This document shows, one piece after another, positions 28,098-39,500 of a stretch of 64,000 nucleotides of DNA. The notes under the pieces were generated by a model that saw nothing but the letters and a program-made list of their open reading frames with translations, was not told the DNA's origin and did not search any database. This DNA comes from an uncultured Candidatus Saccharibacteria bacterium (lineage in GTDB: Bacteria; Patescibacteriota; Minisyncoccia; Phycocordibacterales; PALSA-1337). The stretch spans positions 449 through 64,448 of the forward strand of contig CAYIYK010000004.1 of assembly GCA_964367745.1 (NCBI GenBank). The letters are read 5' to 3'. How positions within the stretch are numbered: position 1 is the stretch's first letter; each line of letters begins with the position of its first letter. The translations under genes and the position numbers were made by a program.

Positions 28098-31000
28098 TTA
28101 AAGACCGTTCAACACACCCCTTGTTTTAGGACCAACATATCCATAACCAGAATCATTTATATTTGAGATATTATATTTTTCTTGAAATCTTTTTACAGCT
28201 TTATCTGTAAGAGGACCGAAATATCCAGTTATCATTCCTTCAGGATATATTGTTTTGTCTCTAGAAAGTATTTCCTGTAAAAATCTTACTTCATCACCCT
28301 TTGAACCAAATTGTAATCCCCTTTTAAAAATATATTTTTGTGTTGATGTACCTTTACTATCTTTTAATTCATCAATCGAATATATTTTATTATATTGTAA
28401 TTTCAATAATTCCGCAGCTTCTGTATTTCCACTTTTCTCTAAATTTTTAATTCTATTTGAAATACTACTACCTGTTGTTGTGCGCGTATTATTCATATAA
28501 ATTACAATATCTTTATTCGAAGCTAGATTTGTGGTCGGGACAAAATTTGTCATGGCATTACCTGATGCATCATTTATTGTCCCAGTAATACTACTAACCG
28601 TAAGATCAGATGATGTATCACCTGAAACTACAACATAATCACATGTCCCTGTAGTAGAGTTTGATACAGTAAAAGTACATGTTTGATCAGTAGAACCTGT
28701 ATCTAATGTTATAGTCACATTTCCCGTTGAAGTAACAGCTTCAGAAAATATCACATCAATATCAATGACCTCGCCAGTTGTATATCTACCATCTACTTTA
28801 TCTGAGGATACACTAGATATAGTTGGATTTGTTGAATCTATTTGTTCGTCTATATCAAAAGTATGGCTTGAATAAGAACCAGTGTATGTAAAAGTTATCT
28901 CTCCAGAATCATTTGATGTACAAATCCCTGATGTACATGAACTACCAGTGATATTTTGACCAGTAACACCGTCAACACTGACTTCGTAGTTAGTACTTGC
29001 TTCTAAATCTCCTATAACATGCACTACATTCGTAAGTGCTGTTGTACTAGAAGTCTCAACCCAAGTTTTCTGTCTAGTTCCTGAATTTTGCCAATTAGTA
29101 ATTCTAATATCCAACCATTGAGTGTAGTCAGTATCAGGTAAAGTTATGGACATATCAGCAGTTCCATTCGTTGATGTTGCTGTTATAGGTCTCCACTTTT
29201 CATCACCATAAACTCTAACTGTTGATGATGTCGAAACATTGTGTGTACCCATAGTATATGGTGGTTGATATTCATAAGCACCAGAATCAGGACCTCCGTA
29301 TCTTGGATTTCCCAAAAGATCATATGGTAAAACATGGTAGAAAGATGAGGTTGTTGTTGCGGTATCAATTACTAGCGAAGTTGAAGCTAGAGTATAGTCA
29401 CCGTTTCCTGTATTTAAACCTGTTTCTTGTGATAGATCACTTTTAAAACCTGGTAAATAGAATGCCGCACCGGTAGAAAATTGTCTTCCTGAAAATAGAC
29501 CGTTGAAGTCGCCACCGAAGCTATTTTTTAATGATCTGTCGCCGACAGTACCTACACCATATACTATTGGCCAATTCCCAGTACGTGCACCATCACCACC
29601 ACCTGCACCTGTAAATGTATCGGTCTTTATACCCTGATCTAAAAATATATTAAATTTAGTTGAATAATTTAATTTAGGAATTCTAACACTTCCCGATGAG
29701 TTATATGCGAATTGCTGACGACCACCAGTTAAGGTATTGTGCCAAAGAATAAAATTTGTTGTAGTTGCACCATTATCATTACCTGCCGATATATCCATGG
29801 TTCCTTGAGCATCTCCAGCAACTCTTTCAAATAGATTCTGTATTATTGCTATACCAGTCGTGGTTGATATTGATGACCAGACTACTGCGGTGGACATATT
29901 GTATAAAGTATTAAATGCAAAAATTGCATTCGTACTTGATGCCATCCCACCTGTTACAACTTCAACATCACCAGTCTCAATGAAGTTTGCTCCGGTTACA
30001 CCTTTATTACCTAGAATATTATAAAATTGTGCAGTTATATTTGATGATGAAGTATTACCTCTTACCAGAGCCCATGGTGCTCTTTGTCCTGCAGCATAAG
30101 ATGAGAATCCGGTAGCAAATGAAGTAATTGAATTCTGAGTACCATACAATGTCCTCCAAGAGAATATCGGTGATGATGTGGTGGCATTAATAGTATTATT
30201 ATGTAACCACATTACATCTCCAGCAGTTCTTCCGGATAAACCTCCACCAGATGATACACTTGGACTAACTGTAATACCTTCTATTTTTAAACGAGTAGCT
30301 TTGATTGCGCTACCTGAACCTGAACTAATTTTTGTATTTGCTTTGGTTGCTGTTGATGCAGGTTTAACAATTAACCATGTATCCATAGTTGTTCCAAGGT
30401 CTGATGATGGAACAGTGCCTGGAAAAGGATGGTTACCTTCTGCTAGTAAAATTATACCTCCTCCGGCACTATTTCTCGTCGGAACACCGTTTGAATTATG
30501 GTAAGTTTTCAACGCCGCACCTGCTGCTCCAATAGTTAGATAAGGATTTCCAGCTTCTGCTAATACTTGCGAAGAATAGACCGAGCCAGTTGCATCATTT
30601 CCAGTAGATCTATTTACATAGGCATATCCAATACCATATGTACCTGCTTTATCATTCAACAGACTTAACGTTCCCAATCTTTCATCTGGTTGTGCATATC
30701 CATCACCACCGACCGAACTATTTAGTATAGATGTTTCATCACCGACCCATGGATAAGCAATAAAGTTAGTATCAATAACTTCTGCTTGATTTAATACATC
30801 AATATCCATAGTTGCAGCATAAACCAAAACAGGATTAGTATCTCCAGTTCTTGTCGTTAATGTCATGTCTGTAGTGGTTGATCTTGATGTATGACCACTT
30901 TGATCACTAGCACTGAAAGCAACTGCAGCTACAGGTTTACCATTTTGTGAAAATTTATGAAAAGCTGTAGCTTCAACCAGAAAGTCAGCAGTGACTCTTT

Positions 31001-31619
31001 CATATCCTGGCCATGCCCAACGACCTATTACTTTTGGATAGTTTAGTGTTGAGTTATTGGTTACAGTATAGTTAGTCGCAACGTTGTTATAATTATTTGT
31101 TCCACCACTACCAGAATCACGATAAAATGTTGCTGGGATAGAAACCGTAACATCTGTACCTGATTTCCCCGCTCCACTTTCATCATCAGCATAAATATAT
31201 TCTGATAATGCAACTTTAATAGTTAGAGTACCTCCTGATACTGATTCATCTAGAACACTTCTATCACTAGTAGTATTAGTGGGGAAAGCTTTTCTTACTG
31301 ACTTTGTTCCATACACTGTTCTTGTGATCGTTCCAAGCACCCCAGAAGAATTGTAACCTTGTGACGTTACGGTAAATACGACTTTTGCACCACTTGGGTC
31401 ATTATCTGTTGTACTTGCAAATGAGTCTTCAACGAAACCATAATCTGGAATACCACCGGTACTGAAACCTTCTATATCGAGTTCGGCATACCACCCATCA
31501 CTTGTAATTCTTACTCCAGTAATATCACCAGTCGCAGCAAAAACTGTATTTTTATGAATTAAAAAAGATAGTGTAAATAAGAAACTAACAAATATAAATA
31601 ATCCAAAAATCTTCTTCAT
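28098..31619 (-). CDS. Large secreted Thr/Ser/Gly-rich surface protein (1173 aa) with a C-terminal peptidoglycan-binding (PG_binding_1-like) domain
   Basis: Signal peptide. The C-terminus is GSKGDEVRFLQEILS...GYFGPLTDKAVKRFQEKY. Confidence 0.8.
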   Translation of the reverse strand: MKKIFGLFIFVSFLFTLSFLIHKNTVFAATGDITGVRITSDGWYAELDIEGFSTGGIPDYGFVEDSFASTTDNDPSGAKVVFTVTSQGYNSSGVLGTITRTVYGTKSVRKAFPTNTTSDRSVLDESVSGGTLTIKVALSEYIYADDESGAGKSGTDVTVSIPATFYRDSGSGGTNNYNNVATNYTVTNNSTLNYPKVIGRWAWPGYERVTADFLVEATAFHKFSQNGKPVAAVAFSASDQSGHTSRSTTTDMTLTTRTGDTNPVLVYAATMDIDVLNQAEVIDTNFIAYPWVGDETSILNSSVGGDGYAQPDERLGTLSLLNDKAGTYGIGYAYVNRSTGNDATGSVYSSQVLAEAGNPYLTIGAAGAALKTYHNSNGVPTRNSAGGGIILLAEGNHPFPGTVPSSDLGTTMDTWLIVKPASTATKANTKISSGSGSAIKATRLKIEGITVSPSVSSGGGLSGRTAGDVMWLHNNTINATTSSPIFSWRTLYGTQNSITSFATGFSSYAAGQRAPWALVRGNTSSSNITAQFYNILGNKGVTGANFIETGDVEVVTGGMASSTNAIFAFNTLYNMSTAVVWSSISTTTGIAIIQNLFERVAGDAQGTMDISAGNDNGATTTNFILWHNTLTGGRQQFAYNSSGSVRIPKLNYSTKFNIFLDQGIKTDTFTGAGGGDGARTGNWPIVYGVGTVGDRSLKNSFGGDFNGLFSGRQFSTGAAFYLPGFKSDLSQETGLNTGNGDYTLASTSLVIDTATTTSSFYHVLPYDLLGNPRYGGPDSGAYEYQPPYTMGTHNVSTSSTVRVYGDEKWRPITATSTNGTADMSITLPDTDYTQWLDIRITNWQNSGTRQKTWVETSSTTALTNVVHVIGDLEASTNYEVSVDGVTGQNITGSSCTSGICTSNDSGEITFTYTGSYSSHTFDIDEQIDSTNPTISSVSSDKVDGRYTTGEVIDIDVIFSEAVTSTGNVTITLDTGSTDQTCTFTVSNSTTGTCDYVVVSGDTSSDLTVSSITGTINDASGNAMTNFVPTTNLASNKDIVIYMNNTRTTTGSSISNRIKNLEKSGNTEAAELLKLQYNKIYSIDELKDSKGTSTQKYIFKRGLQFGSKGDEVRFLQEILSRDKTIYPEGMITGYFGPLTDKAVKRFQEKYNISNINDSGYGYVGPKTRGVLNGL

Positions 31620-31663
31620 CTATACATAATATCACATTAGACGAAACAGAAGCTAGAATAAAT

Positions 31664-31739
31664 TGGAGCCACCTCTCGGATTCGAACCGAGGACCTTCAC
31701 TTTACAAAAGTGTTGCTCTACCAACTGAGCTAAGGTGGC
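31664..31739 (-). tRNA. tRNA-Thr(UGU)
   Basis: Reverse complement: GCCACCT-TA-GCTC-AGTTGGTA-GAGC-A-ACACT-TTTGTAA-AGTGA-AGGTC-CTCGG-TTCGAAT-CCGAG-AGGTGGC-T-CCA. Canonical cloverleaf with anticodon TGT. Confidence 0.9.
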
Positions 31740-31746
31740 AATATTA

Positions 31747-32163
31747 TTACTTTTTCAATTCTACTTCTTCCAAAGAATTTGTCGATATACTCTTTAGATA
31801 GAAAGAAGAGCCACCATTTCTGTTTATCTCTCCTCTCCCTCTAACCATATCGATAACCTTCTTTGATGGTGCATGGGCATGAGCCTTCTTGTATGCCCAT
31901 ATATAGGCATTTCTTGCCCATGTAAGAATATGATACGCAATCCATTGAACAAGTGCAAGTGCACTCTTGCGATTTATATAAGAAATGAACTTTTTTGTAT
32001 TGTAATAATATTCACGAACTTTGTGATTTGTCTTGTCTGACATCCTTGAAACCCAAGATTTTTTACCTGAACGGATTTCCGCCATTTTTACTCCGATCAT
32101 TCCTAATATTCCCAAAAAAGATATATAGAATGAAATAATAGATGTATCGAAAAAAATTGACAT
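31747..32163 (-). CDS. Hypothetical membrane protein (138 aa)
   Basis: Two N-terminal TM helices. No family recognised. Confidence 0.4.
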   Translation of the reverse strand: MSIFFDTSIISFYISFLGILGMIGVKMAEIRSGKKSWVSRMSDKTNHKVREYYYNTKKFISYINRKSALALVQWIAYHILTWARNAYIWAYKKAHAHAPSKKVIDMVRGRGEINRNGGSSFYLKSISTNSLEEVELKK

Positions 32164-32169
32164 ATTATA

Positions 32170-32769
32170 CTATTTCTCCAAAACCGCGAATCTATTGAAT
32201 CTAGCGATTGCGATCTTCTCACCAAACTTTTGTCCTGCAGATAGTATCAATGCTTCTATAGTTACATCAGGATTCTTTATAAATGGTTGGTTTAGAAGAA
32301 CCATTTCTCCAAAGTATGTAGCAAGCTTACCTTCTAGAATTTTTTCTTCCATTTCCTTTGGAACCTTTTTGCCACTATCAGCGATTTCTTTTAGGAATAC
32401 TTCTTTTGCTGTATTTTTGTCTGCATCTGTGATCTCATCTTTATTTAAGAATTTTGGATTTGAAGCAGTTACATGCATTGCAATATCTCTTGCTAGTGCT
32501 TTGAATTCTTCATTTCCAGATACAAAGTCTGTCTCACAAACAAGTTCTACAAGAGTAGCTACTCTTCCAGTTGAATGAACATAAGCTTGTACTATACCAG
32601 CTCCAAATGTTCTATCACTTTTCTTTGCGGCAATTTCTCCACTCTTCTTTCGAAGAATTATTCTTGCTTTTTCCATATCTCCTCCAGCTTCCTCCAATGC
32701 TTTTTTACATTGCATTACAGAAATACCAGTTGAATCTCTTAATTCCTTGATTTGTTCAGTTGTGATCAT
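32170..32769 (-). CDS. tsf: Elongation factor Ts
   Basis: N-terminal UBA-like region ITTEQIKELRDSTGISVMQCKKALEEAGGDMEKA. rpsB-tsf linkage. Confidence 0.9.
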   Translation of the reverse strand: MITTEQIKELRDSTGISVMQCKKALEEAGGDMEKARIILRKKSGEIAAKKSDRTFGAGIVQAYVHSTGRVATLVELVCETDFVSGNEEFKALARDIAMHVTASNPKFLNKDEITDADKNTAKEVFLKEIADSGKKVPKEMEEKILEGKLATYFGEMVLLNQPFIKNPDVTIEALILSAGQKFGEKIAIARFNRFAVLEK

Positions 32770-32812
32770 ATTATTTTATTAGATTAACTAAAAAATACTA
32801 AACGAAACTCAA

Positions 32813-33505
32813 TTATACCTTCTTTGCTGTAGAATATGCTTTTACGATTTCTTGTACGAAGAAATTTACACTTGTTTGAGATGAATCATTTCCAACCATT
32901 GGAAGATCCAAACCTTTTATATTGCAATCTGATCCAGCTAGAGCAATTACAGGAATACCCATATCTTGAGCCTCCTTCAACGCTGTCTTTTCCTTCTTTG
33001 GATCAACTATAAATATTGCCTTTGGTAAATCCTTCATTGATACTATACCTGAAAAGAATCTTTCTAGATTTGCGATTTCTTTGTCGATAAGTAGTCTCTC
33101 CTTTTTTGTATATTTAGCCAATTCGCCTTTTTCTTTTTCAGAAACAAGTTTTTCCATCTTTTCTACTCTCTTTCTGATTTGAGTAAAGTTTGTAAGTGTA
33201 CCTCCAATCCATCTACCGTCAACGTAAGGCATATTTATAGATAAAGCGCCTGATTTTATTGAATTTCTTGCTTCACTCTTACCTCCTACAAAAAGGATAG
33301 TTTTCCCTTCTTTAGCTAAAGAAGCTATAAAATCCTTTGCTTTTTCTAATAAAACCTCAGTTTTTTCTAGGTCGAAGATTTCTACTTTGTTTTTAACTCC
33401 GAATATATAAGGAGTAACTGTTGGGTGTCGTCTTGTCTTTGAAAAGGCAAAATGAGCACCTGCTTTGAACATATTTTCTACTCGTGAATTATTGATTGTT
33501 ACCAT
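32813..33505 (-). CDS. rpsB: 30S ribosomal protein S2
   Basis: S2 family motifs (MFKAGAHFAFSKTRRHP, IFIVDPKKE). Upstream of tsf. Confidence 0.9.
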   Translation of the reverse strand: MVTINNSRVENMFKAGAHFAFSKTRRHPTVTPYIFGVKNKVEIFDLEKTEVLLEKAKDFIASLAKEGKTILFVGGKSEARNSIKSGALSINMPYVDGRWIGGTLTNFTQIRKRVEKMEKLVSEKEKGELAKYTKKERLLIDKEIANLERFFSGIVSMKDLPKAIFIVDPKKEKTALKEAQDMGIPVIALAGSDCNIKGLDLPMVGNDSSQTSVNFFVQEIVKAYSTAKKV

Positions 33506-33538
33506 AAATATTGTATAGGAGAGTGTAGCAAATCGGGC

Positions 33539-36500
33539 CTATTTTTGCAAATTCACCTTCGCTCTGGTTAGAGGTCCAAAGAATCCTGAAGCTGGTTTGA
33601 TACCATTTGCTATTTGATATCTTATCAAAGCGGCTTTTGTTGCTGGACCGAAGTATATTGATTCATTACCTCTTGAACCTATTCCTGAGCTAGATATTGT
33701 ATAGCCTTTTGTATTCAAGAATACCTGTAATTGTCTAACATCTGAACCTGATGATCCTAGAGTTAATGATCTAGAGAATGTATATCCTATTGTTGTTGAA
33801 GGTACACTAGATGTTACTGGAGCAGATGGAATCGATACTGTGCCAGTCGAACTATATAGAGAATTCACGATTGACATAGTTTGAGTATCCAATATTCCAG
33901 TTCCAACAATTCCCTTTGCAGTCTGGAACCTAATCAAAGCTGCTCTTGTTGCCGGACCGAAGTATGTCGATTCATTTCCTCTAGAACCTGCACCAAAAGT
34001 TGATACTGCGAAACCTTGATTATTCAAGAATACCTGTAGCAATCTAACATCATCTCCAGTGGCAGTAATAGAGAGTGATCGTACAAATGTCGCTTTTGGT
34101 GCAGAACTTGATGAACCCCCAGATCTACTACTTCCACTTCTACTTGAACCTGAAGATGTAACAGTACTTTGATTCTGATTTGATACAACTGGTGGAGCAA
34201 GTTCATCTATAACCTCGTAAGTTGAGAATCCAGGAACAGTGAATACAAGAGTATTATTGGTATAAGATACTATTGTACATTTATCACATGCCACACCATC
34301 CCTCATAATCTTCGGCTTAGCCGCTGTTATGTTATACAAGGTAATAGTAGCGGGTTTGTTCAATTCTGGAATATTTGATGAATCTAAGTAAACCAAACGA
34401 TTTGAGATATTAAGATTTGAATCAATATCAAGAGATTCACCTGTTGATTTAATCAATGAGTAATTACCTGAATTAAAGTTTACTTTTCCTTGAGAATTTC
34501 TCAATTCAATATCGCTAATAGAATTCAGATCTAGAGATGAAATATCATTTGAGTGAAACTTAGTTAATCTCGGCAATGGACATCCTTTCTTATTTACTGC
34601 AACTTTATCTTTGGTATTAGGACACTTATCACCATCGTTTGGCACTCCATCAGAATCACTGTCTGACTGAACTGATAGCTGGTTTCCAACTGAAATATTT
34701 ACAACTGCGTCTGTCTGATTTGCATTTCCTTTAACATCTATACACTTTATATATATAAAGTTAAGGCCGGTTGAAAGGTTTGTAATATTTGCACCATGTG
34801 AATTATTTGAAGATGTAAATAGATTTGGCATAGATGCATAAGGTATACCAGAGCCACTACTCCACTTACATACAGCTGATTCATCAGTAGTTATGTTAAG
34901 TTTGGCTGAAAAAGTACCTGAAGTAACATCAATTACTTCTCTCGGAGTCGTAATAATTGGAGCAGTAACATCAACTTGATTCACTACTAAATTCGTAGTA
35001 GTAAACATTTTATCAGAAGATAATTGGATTCCTCCCAAAGCGTTTTTCGATTTAACTCTAAAATGGTATGTAGTATTTGGAGATAGATTGGTCAACGTCT
35101 GACTATGGAATGATACAGGGTTCGATACTAGTGATGTTGAGTTTCCATATGCAGATGTTAGTCCGTATTCAATTTGAGTATCTGATACTTCATTTGTACT
35201 CCAAGAAATCACTGCACTAGAATCATTTACTGACGATACAGATATTGAACTTATTATTGGAGTAACAACACTTGGATTTGATATAACTCCATTACATCCA
35301 TACGCTCCGATATAAGTACCATTTTCTCCACCACGACACAATGGTGACGAAGACAGAGGTATCAGACCATCATCAGAAGTAAATGGAACTCCGTCTGGAC
35401 CGAGCGGATTTGAAGGATTTGAAAGTTTCGGATCACCTCCGTTTATACCATTTTTTTCTGAACCTCCAAAAGATAGCAGAGTAGTAGATTTTGCTGGATA
35501 TCCTTGTGCAGCTGGTCCTGCTATATAGTTATAATCTGCAGTTACTTCAGGAGAAGGTAGACCATCACCACCTCTAATCGAGTACCAGCCTCTATCAGAA
35601 TCTGAATTTGCACCAGTCAAATTTCCAGATTCTAGGAATATATTATTTTTGATTACACTACCAACTGGATTACCGTGACCACTTTTGCCGATTACAAAGT
35701 TATGGTTTGAAATACGAGCACTCTTATAAAATGTATTATTTGTAACTATTGTCTGTGGTCTAGTGAAGCTTCCTGACATCTCAACATTTACGAATATATT
35801 ATTTCTTATAAGTAGACCCTTGTTTTCCATTGCAGGCACATTAGTCAATTGTTCTTCTACTGAAGCCAGTTGTTCATCAATATCTTTAATAAAGTTATAC
35901 TCAAATATAGTATTGTTGATTGACTGTTCTGGTGTACCAATACTTGTCATTAGAGTATCGTACATGTCGGATGTACCTGAACCCATTGCAAACACAGTAC
36001 CTATTTTTGGTAGTTCAAAATCTTCCCATCTCGGTGAATCTCTAAATATGTTATATCGGAAGATATTATTATCACCATAGAAAGCTATCATTCTCCAACC
36101 ATTCATCTTTTCCCATATATTTTTTTCTACTATGTGATTTGAACCTTGAATTTGTAGGCCTTTACCAGCAAGATTACTTAGAGTGTTTCCTTGAATTAGA
36201 CAATTGTCTGGTTGATATCCGCCAGATGAAAGCATTATTATTCCCCATAGACCATTCTTTTCTGCTCTATTCATATATATTGTTGCTGCTACCGGTCCTT
36301 CAGTAAAAACAGTATTTGATGGATCTAGAGTGAGAACCTTATCCGTTACGGATATAACACGTTTTGTCTCATATTTGTATGGAACACCTCCGTTATTATC
36401 ATGATTCTGTATTTGTTTATTTATATTTGACCCTATATAGATAGACATCCCTGGTTCAAAACCTGCTGCAATAAATCCTCCATTTGGATTAGTTATCGTC

Positions 36501-39500
36501 TTTGTTGGTCCATCAAAATACATATTTTTAGAATATATGTATATACCGTCTCTAATAGTGTTATCTATTATCTGACAATTATCAGCAGGCGGTTCTACAG
36601 TAATATGTCCCTGATCAAGTCCCACACCGTATCTTGTAATATCAAATCCCTCAACTCTTACGTATGGATTCTTAATTCTAAAACCTTTCATAGTAACAAT
36701 ACCTTGAGCTTTAAATGTTACGTATTTACCAGACTGACCAACACTAGCAGTTTGCACATGTTCTGGATATACACCAGCAGTTATTAAACATGTCTCACCA
36801 GCCTTAATTACATTTGCACATTTTTGAATAGTTTTGAAAGGTGAAGATTGCGTACCCGGATTCGTATCACTACCAGTATTAGATACGTACAAAGTATTAA
36901 GTGAAGGTGTGATAGGTGGGACCGTAGGTGGAGGATTTGATCCAACTCCACTACCTGAACCTGTAGCAAAGACCTTTGTTGGATCACAACTATACGCACC
37001 TATATCAACACCACTTGAACCCTTAGCACACAATGGGGATCCTGGTAGAGGCTTTAGTCCATCATCGATAGTAAAAGGTAGACCGTCTGGACCAAGCGGA
37101 TTCGCGGGATTAGTAAATTTAGGATTACCACCATTTATTCCATTTGCTTCTAGATTATCAACCTTGAAGCCTGTCTTACCTGGATAACCTAAACCAGCTG
37201 AACCCGCCACGAAGTTATAATCTGCAAGAACCCCAGGTGTAGGTTTACCGTCATCTCCTCTTACAGAGTACCAGCCATTATCATTCTGTATTTCATCTTT
37301 AACTCCAGAATCCACAAAAGCATTATTTTTTATCTCGCTACCGACCGGATTACCATGTGCACTTTTTCCAATTACAAAGTTTTGATTTGATATTCTAGCA
37401 CTCTTATAGAATGTGTTATTACTCAATATTGTCTGTGGTCTTGTAAAACTTCCTGACATTTCAACATTTATAAATACATTGTTTCTAATGTATAAACCCT
37501 TATTTTGTAGTGCTGTACCAACAGATGCAGCTTCCTCAACTGAGGCTAGTTGTTCATCAACATCTTTTACGAAGTTATATTCAAATACATTATCATTTAC
37601 TTGTTGATCAATGGCTCCCGTACTAGTCATCAGAGTATCGTACATATCCCATGATCCAGAACCAAGCGCAAATTGAGTACCGGGCTTTGGCAATTGGAAT
37701 CCTGGCCAGCGTGTAGAATCTCTAAAAATATTATAACGAAAAACATTGTTACTTCCGAAAAAAGAAATCATTCGCCATCCGTTCATACGCTCAAAAGTGT
37801 TCTTTTCAATAACATTATTCAAGCCAGCAATTTGCATACCTTTACCTGCTAAGTTGCGTAATGTGTTACCCTGTATCAAACAATTGTCAGGTTGACCACG
37901 TGATGTTGATGAATTGAATATAATACCCCATACACCATTCTTTTCTGCTTTATTAACATATATTGTAGAGGTAACTGGACCTTCACTAAATACTGTATTA
38001 GAAGGATCGAGTGTTAATGTGGTATCGGTAACTGCAATAACTTTCTTCGTTTCGAACTTATACGGAACAGCACCGTTGTTATCGTGATTTAATATTTGAT
38101 TATTGATATCAGAAGCTATATATATAGTCACACCAGGAACGAAACCAGCAGATATAAAACCACCTGAGGGGTTTGTAATGGTTCTATTCGCTCCGTTGAA
38201 AGTAAAGTTGTTTGAACTAAGATAAATACCATCGCGAATAGTATTGTTTATTATCTGAGAATAATCTCCTTCTGGTTCTACAGCGATGTGTCCTTGATCA
38301 AGACCGACATCGTATTTAGTAATATCAAATCCTTCGATTCTAACGTAAGGATTCTTAATTCTGAAACCTTTCATAGTAACAGTACCTTGAGCCTTGAATG
38401 TTACATATTTACCATTTGCACCACTATTTAATGTCTCGACATGTTCCGGATAAACACCTGCGGTAACTAGACATGTTTCTCCAGCCTTAACTATATTTGC
38501 ACACTTTTGAATTGTCTTTAGTGGAGAAGATTGTGCACCGGTATTTGTATCGTTACCTGAACTTGAAACATAGATAGTACCAGTTGTAGGAACAACAACT
38601 GGTGGTTGATTTGTAGGTGGGTTATTGTTTGGAGGTGTTACCGATATTCCACCTGTACCTGAATTCCCTGTCGCAAAAACTTTATTTGAATCGCAACTAT
38701 ACACACCAATGTCAACACCATTCAATCCCTTTCCGCAAAGAGGTGATCCTGGTAAAGGTTTCAAACCGTCATCAGTAGTAAAGGGAATATTATCTGGACC
38801 ATCTGGATCGTTTACATTTTTAAGCATTGGATCACCACCATTTACTCCATTCTTTTCGCAGAAACGGAAGTTCTTATTTACACCACTAACACAACCATCT
38901 GCTCTTTTTGGGGGATATCCAAGTGATGCAGGTCCTGATACGAAGTTGTAATTTGTCACATAAGTATTTCTAATACTTGTATCGAGATCACTTGTTAATT
39001 TAAGATATTTATATATACCACTTTTATATGCTGAATAACTAGGTGAGACATAGAAATCACTTTCACTTGATAAAGCCTTGGTTTTTGCTGTTGGACGTCC
39101 ATTACCATCTGTGTAGCCATTTGCCACGAGATCACTCATTATTCCAGCGGCGATTGGTGTTAATGATGTCTCATTAGCTGCAACCTCATTTGTTACATAG
39201 AACCTCATAACTTCCTGTCCGATTCCTGCCCCAGAGTTAGAGTAAAATCCCTGTGTATCACCACCCCTTCCACCACCTATGAATGCGTTGCTGATTGCTG
39301 TCATCCTAGAAGAATCACCCCTAGTTAAACTGCCACCTGACACGAGTCCGTCCTGTGTGTATGCTGTCTTATAAAATGTATTATTTTCAAAAGTTATACC
39401 AGGTACACCTAGGTTCCAGTTATTACCAATATTTGCAAAAACATTTCTTCTAAAAGTAAAGTCGCGGAAATCTGGCATGAGTCTTGGGTTAACCAGACTA